Source of the DNA: Mytilus edulis
Lineage: Eukaryota
Assembly: GCF_963676685.1 (NCBI RefSeq)
Contig: NC_092346.1
Location: 65,844,001 to 65,908,000 of the forward strand
Reading direction: 5' to 3'
Length of the DNA: 64,000 bases
Shown: positions 56,001-64,000 of the stretch, piece by piece
Position numbering within the stretch: position 1 is the stretch's first letter
How the letters are laid out: each line of letters starts with the position of its first letter
Notes under the pieces: model-generated
Told to the model about the DNA's origin: nothing
Databases searched by the model: none
The model's input: only the letters and a program-made list of their open reading frames with translations
Translations under genes and position numbers: made by a program

Positions 56001-59000
56001 TCATGTTTGAGTTTTTTCTTCTTGCTGTTAAACTTTATCTTATTACTGCCACAGAATAGGAATTTCATTATAAATGTCTGTTTCGTTTCCAGTGGTATAG
56101 TTGGGTAAATTCCCTATAGAAAGCGTGGCCCTTATATATATTTTGTTTTAGTGATACGTAAACAAAACTCATTTTACACTACTAATAACGTTGAATTACA
56201 TAAATCCACCAGAAATTTAATGAAACAAAAGAAACATAAACATAAAAAGGATATAAACAACACTGAATAAAACAACATCTAACCTACCATCTTTAATTTT
56301 TGGTGAGTTCCAATGCGAGATTCCTATATAGAAATAAGTAATGGTTAATATTTATCTAATTTAATAATTCATAAGAAAGGATTTACTAGAACTTTTTTTC
56401 AATATCTTTTAAAAGAAACAAAACTCAAACTCTCAATTACACTCATGTTAAGGTGAACATCTAGTGCTGAACATTTCGTGAATATTATAGGGCGATTATA
56501 ATACATCAGATTATAACTACAAGTTGTTTTTAAAGTCCCTATACCGACGGGACTTGGATGTGTATTTATATAGCGAAGTTAGCTTGCAATTAAGCAGATT
56601 TATACCGGCCCACAAAAGTAAATCTTTACTGAAAAGGGGAAACAATCTTTTTCCAATTACTAGGTCATCGACCTTCTGTAATTCCCAATGCTGTTTGTCC
56701 TTTCCATCCTTTTCTCGTCAGTTATCCGGAAGAAAAAGCATTCGAATCCCTAACGGATTGAGCTATTTTGTACAAAGGTTAATCTTTTTCTATTAAGGTT
56801 GAAATTCTTACTTTGTCATATAATACTCTCTTAGATTTTAAACATAACATATAGGAATACAAAATTATTAAATGCAGCAATGCTCTCCAGCTCGTGCAAG
56901 ACAAAATTAATTGATTGAATCTGCTTATAAAAATTACCATAAGATTCAAGTTTTAAATCCAATATAACCTAGATTTGAACATTTTTTATAGGCCACGTAA
57001 TTATTTTGTTGTTGAAGCCAGCATTGCTCGTATTTACGACCTAAGGCATACTTATTACTTTTAATAATTCTGCATCAATACAAAAATCAATATGGTTAAG
57101 AGTTCAACCGTATTGATTTTTCCAAGCTATCTCACATTAACTTGAACATCCTTTGAAACCTAACAGGAAATGTACGATTGTCCAAAGCTTATCTCACAGA
57201 ACAGAGGTATAGAATTTGAATGGAAAACTACTTCAGTAATTGAAATCCATGCCCTCGCTTCAATGTATTATTTGGTCAGATGAAGATTTATATAATTACA
57301 GTTCCATTTAAACAGATCTTTGTATGCATATAGTAGAAGTATTGGAATTGTTTTACAATTGTATGCGTGTGTCATTTCCAGTTTAAAGTTTGATGCTTTA
57401 GAATCAAGAAAACTTCAGTCTCACATTTAGTTTCAATGACAAAGTAATTAGAAATTCTCAAGTAAAAACGTTATTTTCTAAGAAAGAAGAGTGAATCGAT
57501 CTAACAGATAAATATACAGGCTCGGCTTGCTATATTCACAGCATTTGAATGTTGAACTTCCCAATAAAATATTTTTTGTGTATTGATGTATGACACAAGA
57601 GAAATTTTTACTAGTGTGCTGATAATAATATTGTAAATGTGTAGTTTTTAGCTTTACGATGCTATTTCAGCTGTCGTTTACAGTTAAAGCGAAATACGTC
57701 TATATTTATTTTTGCTATCTCCTGTTTGTAGATTTTGGTTTGTAAATCAAGTTCAGGCTAGTTTATACAGATATAAGTTGCTCAGTTTTTCTACAACTTG
57801 GCTGCTAGTTGAAATGAATCGTTTTGAACTAAAGGAGAGTAGTCGTTTTCTTTAATTTGAAAAGATGTAAATTGAATGATCTCTTCAAAATTTCTATTCA
57901 ACATGCACTGATATGAACCATATAGGTTCCGTTTTACCATATTTTGTTACGAAAGTCGTAATTAATGGGAGACGACTACTGTTTTTAACCTACCGGGTTG
58001 AGGGACTTGAACTGCATGCAGGTACGTCAATGCAGCATGTCTATATAACGGGTCTCTGTTATCTCCACCCTCGAGATACTGGGACCTCAAGAAAACCTGT
58101 AATGAGAGATAAGTATTATTAATATGATTATAATACCTTGTAAGACCAGTGTTCTAAGACAATTTGTGTAGCGTTTTTATTGATGTCTCAACATTCTTCA
58201 GCTAAGAAAAATATTTAATTTCTATGGGCAAAATACGTTATAACCTTATATGGATGTCAGGATGAATACATATAACAATACAAAAAATGAGAAAAACAGA
58301 GATAAAGCATCTTGTAGCTGCTTGCTTGGGTATGAAATAATTAAAAATATATCGTAGTGTTATCAAAATCTATATATTCAGGGGACTTTGGTAATACCAA
58401 ATGCTTATTCCTGTCCAAAAAAATCCAAAAAAAACCTTTACATAATTCGTTGTGCGCAAATGAATGAATGAATTTTCAATATATTTCCTTCAAACTATGA
58501 AGAAAAATATCCGACATGTCGACCTTCACTCAAATGAATGTGTTCGATCACACATGGCTTTAAAGTGTTTACAGTTGATTTAAAACAAGGACAGAGTATT
58601 CTTGATGGATCGATTTTTATTGTATTTACGATACACAAGGAAAATTGATTGCAAGATTCAAATTCCAAAAAAACTTCATTTACATGAAACTAATTGGTGT
58701 CCACATTTTCCATTTTCCTGTTTTGGCAATGCAAGATAAAGAAGATGTGCGGATCTGCATAATCGCCAATACAATAACAAAGTATTGCTTTACACCATGT
58801 AATTATTAAAAAAAAGAATGGCCCAGTAAAGCACCCGCAGAAACTATAGATTGTTAAAAAAAGTGTCATCACTTTATTCCTTTTTTTATTTTCCATTTAA
58901 CCAGTGATTTTCGTAATATCATTTATCAATTTATCAAAGCCAATACTTGTGTTACATCATTGAGATTAGAATAACAGCAAGTTACCTGAATATTCCTCCA

Positions 59001-59735
59001 TAACAACCATTTAACAAACATTTAAACCACAATGATGGAAAGATGTATTATTTAAACTTCTTCATCAGTAATGGCAATGTAAACAGAAAAACATTGTGAA
59101 GTGATTAATACCGTGTTTTCATGTGTCGTCCCAATGGAAACATACATATATATTATGCATTTTTGTGGTAATGGTTACAATATCAATTCCCGGAATAATC
59201 AGTATTGACAGAATGGCAAGGTCAAATAAGACATTTATGTTTCATTTTAATTGTGCTGCATCATAGATCTGATCGAATCACGAATGGGCCATAACACCAT
59301 CAATACATTGCAATTACTACATAACAACAACAAATATAAATGCATATGCACTTAGAATAGATTATCATAGCTAGTATGCATGTTACTGTATAAATAGATA
59401 AAAATAGAACAGAAAGAACATAAAAAAACCTTATAAACAATAGTTAAAAAAAATGAAATTAGATGACTCATTCCCCGTGGTTAGCAAGTACCATTTTGGG
59501 GATTTTTTGGATGGCTGCAATTTTGTGTTTTTATCAAAGAATATCAACGTTGGACGTTATAAATATTTATGCATTCAGTTTAATCCAACACAAAGGATCG
59601 TAAATTGGAACATGTTTATGCATTAACGAGAAAGCATGCATTTTCATTTGTAATTCGATCTTTTATTGCCTTCATATACCATAAAAGAATTAATTCAAAT
59701 AATAATTAAAAAAAAATCTGTGTCATCTATACTAT

Positions 59736-60190
59736 TAGAATGAAATTCAAAACAGTGTAGCTGTGGCCATTGATTGACACATTCAAATCATCCATTGACT
59801 GGGACAATTTAGGTGAACGTTTGTATGTAACGACCAATGCTCACTATGTACTTTTTAAAGACACTTAAACTATGGGGTCACCAAAGGTTCTCAACACCTA
59901 AATAAAGTAATTCGAAAAATTAATCAGAAATAACACGATATTTTGATTTATATCAATTATATAAATCAAAACACAAAGGTTATTCCTGATTAATTTTTCG
60001 ATTTATTTTATAATTAAAGGCGTTAAGAAACCTTTGGTGACCCCACAGCCCCACAGTTTAAATGTCTATCGTAGGTACGTCGTGAACAGTGGTCGTTACA
60101 GACAAACGTTCACGTAAATTGTCCCAGTCAATGGATGATTTTAATGTGTCAATCAATGGCCACAGCTACACTGTTTTGAATTTCATTCTA
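59736..60190. mobile_element. Foldback MITE, ~450-bp near-complete palindrome flanked by TA
   Basis: tagaatgaaattcaaaacagtgtagctgtggccattgattgacacatt mirrors ...aatgtgtcaatcaatggccacagctacactgttttgaatttcattcta; symmetry continues to the centre at ~59957. Confidence 0.85.
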
Positions 60191-60397
60191 AACTTTGTGT
60201 GTCGCTTCTCTTCCTTTCACAATAAATTAATCATCATGCCCCTGTGTCCCATAGGTACTATGCATAGTCGCATTTGTCATCCATTCTTATAATTATTCAG
60301 TTTGGTTTTTTTGGGGGGTAGAAAAACGAAAAAAAAGGCGTCCGGATATTGCTTCCGTCATTGGACAGACTTTTAAGTCATAAACAAGACCTCCGTT

Positions 60398-60833
60398 TAG
60401 GGAAAACGGTAGTATTTAATTTTCCCAGCATTAGGTTGGCCTTTTGTGTACCAAAAGCAGGTGAAGGAAGTCAAATTAGGAGCGCTGTGATTGGATGTAA
60501 GGGTACAATATATTTTTTATTTATCTTTGAATAACTGCAGTGTGTATATTTACAACATACATTTTGAAACCTATTGAAATATTTTCTAGAGAATTATTTG
60601 AAAAGACTTGCAAAATTTCATAAATTTGGTGCAAAATGACGGTGGGCATGGATAACATAAACAAGCTCCGTTGGAAGTTGATGATACTATTTGGCTTTAA
60701 TTTTTAAAACACAATAATAAAGTACTAACACAACATATAACTGTTTTATCCAGGTTTTTATCTTAAAAATTTGTAAATTTAGAAAATGTTAATATTGTCG
60801 CCTATGGCAGAATAAATAGTACCGTTTTCCCTA
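60398..60833. mobile_element. MITE with short TIRs flanked by TA
   Basis: tagggaaaacggtagtattta ... taaatagtaccgttttcccta. Confidence 0.7.
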
Positions 60834-61104
60834 TAGAACTGTTTTAAAATTGCACATGATTTTAAAAGTACTTGGGGCAGGACAATTATTTTAACGGTTT
60901 TCTGTATGCTATGATCATACAGATACTATTTATAAAATGTGTTTGCTATTTACTGTCAGTTTCAAGTTTATTATCCACGGCGGTCCCTGACGTGGTCGCT
61001 GATATATTATATAAAGAGTCTTTCTCTCTCTAGTATATATATATACTAAATGAGCGACTGCCGTGGATAGTATACTAGGAAAAGTAAATAGCAAATACAG
61101 TTTA

Positions 61105-61371
61105 TTTTTATTCCCCACCTACGATAGGAAAGGGACATTATGTTTTCTGGTCTGTTCGTCCGTCCGTCTGTCTGTCCCGCTTTAGGTTAAAGTTTTTGGT
61201 CAAGGTAGTTTTTGATGAAGTTGAAGCCCAGTCAACTTGAAACTTAGTACTCATGTTCCTTATGAGATAATTTTTCAGATTTTAATGCCAAATTAGAGTT
61301 TTCACGGTCCACTGGACATAGAAAATGATAGTGCGAGTGGGGCATCTGTGTACTGGGGACACATTCTTGTT
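61105..61371 (+). mobile_element. Helentron-associated (DINE/HINE-like) non-autonomous element
   Basis: T-rich start, (GTCC/GTCT)n microsatellite, ends ggggacacattcttgtt. Confidence 0.55.
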
Positions 61372-63817
61372 AGTATATGCATGTTCACAGTTTACAGAAA
61401 AATATAAAACAAACAATAACGGACTTTGGAAAAAGGGGGAGAGCTAAAACAAAATTGTACTATCATCACCGGGCATCCGCAGGCTAAGAATTTTGATACC
61501 TTTCCTAAAATTAGCCAGTCATAAAATATTTTACGAAAATTCATCCTACAAAAGTTTACATACTTTCAACCACGCATTTAATGCCCGCGATTTCGCGTTA
61601 GTGTTCTAGTGATGTTAATGAGAGAATGGTATTTTTATCAGTGCTGTATATTATCTTGTCAAAAGCAAAACCAGTTAATGAGTTACTAAAAAACAACATC
61701 GTGATAAAAAACACAACCTACATTACTGAAAATGCCTGTACCAATTCAGGAATATGACAGTTCTTTGCTATTTGTTCCGTTGGTTTATTTGGATTAACGT
61801 TTTTTCAGCTTTCATGGACTGTTCCTCTTTTTTAATTAACCTTGAAGTTAGGGTTTTTGTTTATACTTATATGTTTGTAGTATTATTAAAAAAACAATTC
61901 CTTGGAGCCCTAGAAATGAATATCTGGTATTATTGTTCTTTATCCAACGTTTATCCCGAAGATCAAAAGTATCTGTTGTGTTGTTCCCATTAGACATGCC
62001 TGAATGCATGATTTTAGAATTTACTAAAAATAAATTTCAATGTCTATGTATCAAAGCATAGCAATTTGAGCAATAGAATTTATTGGTACAAAATTTACAG
62101 ACCTTAACTTATTTGACAACAATCACTAACTATCACATTCACATAAACAGTATTTTTTTTGCTTTAGTTGTTATAAAACCAATGAAGACAAAGATTCAAA
62201 TATTGCGTAATTAAAATTCCATCTGAACGAAGGTTTCCAGAAATTAAATAAGAATGGTTATGAAAAGCGATGGAAACAAGCTTGTCAGATGTTTTTAACT
62301 CAGTTTTTATACTTCGTCTATAAACACTGTTATTTAACGATATCCGTCGTCTTTTATCGGGACATTGCAATACTTTTGTGGATTTCAATAACATTTTTTT
62401 TATTTTTTTTTATATATTAGTCTGAATATCTTTTCCTTTTAATATTCTATGGTATTTCTAATCCGGTAACATCACAGACACAGTAACCTTTGTTCATTTT
62501 GATTATTAACATTTAACGTATCGTATCATAACATATTATTCTCATATTAAGTATGTAGTTCACATGTGTAACATGTTTTGAGAAGTCTTATAAGAACTTA
62601 TAGAGGATAAAGGCTTGATGGACACCATTAGCAAATACGATATTGTACATGAATATATTGGAGAAAAAAAGGAAAAGAAAGAGTAGGAGGCAGGACAGTG
62701 TTTTTTTCTGTCGATTCCTACGTATATTGATCTAATTAGGAATTTATAACACGATATTATAAGACAAAGGTAAAACGACAGACTGAAACAGAATGCCATA
62801 AACCTGGCCGTTGGTATTTCTCTTTTATTTGATTTTTTTTTCGCATTTGTCATGTCAGTGCCTTTCATATCTTAATATATGGTACGGTTTTGTTCATGGT
62901 TGAATACCGTAAAGTATCCCATATTTTTAACTTCCTTGTCCTTTGGTTTCATTTGCAATAATACCACATATCCTTTTTATATTCATTCCCTACTAAATCG
63001 TTCTGTTTGGTCAATATACTTATTGATAAAAAGTTGTCTGTTGTTCGATTATAGCGTATGATTCATTAATACCTATATGTTCCCTTTATTTTACTGTATT
63101 GAATGTTTATAATGTAAAGCTTTTTTTGGACATGAGCTACATTGTTTAAGATTAATATGCTGTTCTAAATCTATATATGTATTTGTTAGATGAACAGCCG
63201 ACGATATCCTATTGATTTTATAAAAGCAGGTAAAGTACTTTTAGGTTACTTTTAGTAACTTCAAGAGTTCTCATTGAGTATTACGTATCGTTGTTTTACT
63301 TGTGCATATTCTGAGTAGAGTGTCATTTATAATCAGACTTCTATCAAATGTTATTGTATGTCTGTTTGCAAGTTCGTTGATCGAGATTGAAAAGGAAGGA
63401 TCGAAATCTCAAAAACTAGTTTAACCCCGCCGTATTCCTATTCAAGAGCCTCATGAATGGGTTTGAGTAGACTGATGTGTTACGTCAATCTAATGTTACA
63501 CAGATATTTTGGTTTATTTAAAGAATCTTTGAAACGATTTACGGGGGGTGGGGTGGGGGGGGGGGCATATTGTCTAGATACCTGTCTATTGTTGAATATA
63601 AGAAAATGTTGTATGTGATATGATTGCCAATGTGACAATTCACAATCGGAGATCTAAGGACATCTAACGTTGTAGAAGTTAACAACTTTTAGTCATCAAC
63701 AAAACCAAACCTTATGGCTTATTTTATGTACAATACAATCATAGAAAAACAAATAAGATATACAGCAACACATGATGTCGGTTACATGTTGTTCCCTTTA
63801 TGTGTGATTATCTGTGT

Positions 63818-63901
63818 GCTTTTGTCGGATGCTGTCTCATGTGCGTATATCCCACGCTCGCTTTTGTCGGATGCTGTCTCATGTGCGTATATCCCACGCT
63901 C
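63818..63901 (+). repeat. 42-bp exact tandem duplication
   Basis: gcttttgtcggatgctgtctcatgtgcgtatatcccacgctc twice. Confidence 0.9.
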
Positions 63902-64000
63902 CCTGTTTATTGTTTTAACTCCAATCCTTTTTACACTCGCTAGACGTATCGTATATACACTTTACTGTTTAAATCAAAATGTTGTTCTCTAGATGACTTG

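Noticed and set aside
53900-64000. Short 60-100 aa ORFs in the right part of the window
   Set aside because: No recognisable motifs, many start with non-ATG codons, and they overlap repeats or AT-rich intergenic DNA

Overview
AT-rich animal genomic DNA, probably a bivalve such as a mussel (inferred from repeat content only). The window is dominated by a capsid-encoding Polinton/Maverick (polintovirus). It has AGTAGT...ACTACT termini, a 6-bp ATTTAC target-site duplication, and genes for integrase, minor and major capsid, protease, packaging ATPase and protein-primed PolB. The element appears 1.65 times: a truncated copy at 2089-14272 and a full copy at 14702-33458. The copies are separated by a 100-N gap and share the same host flank, so this is most likely one ~18.75 kb insertion duplicated by the assembly. 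The most interesting part is the right arm, which the ORF track fragments. Manual splice reconstruction gives (i) a 3-exon PC4-like protein with poly-Glu and SIM-like motifs, (ii) an overlapping 2-exon BC-box/SOCS-box-like protein whose intron hosts an antisense membrane-anchored or secreted PC4-like ORF, and (iii) a 4-exon type I membrane protein with two alternative terminal exons and a 22-bp RNA stem covering one acceptor. The rest of the window holds a gag-less BEL/Pao LTR element with identical 140-bp LTRs, a TNF-domain exon, MITEs, a minisatellite and interspersed repeats. All splice models are predictions from sequence alone.
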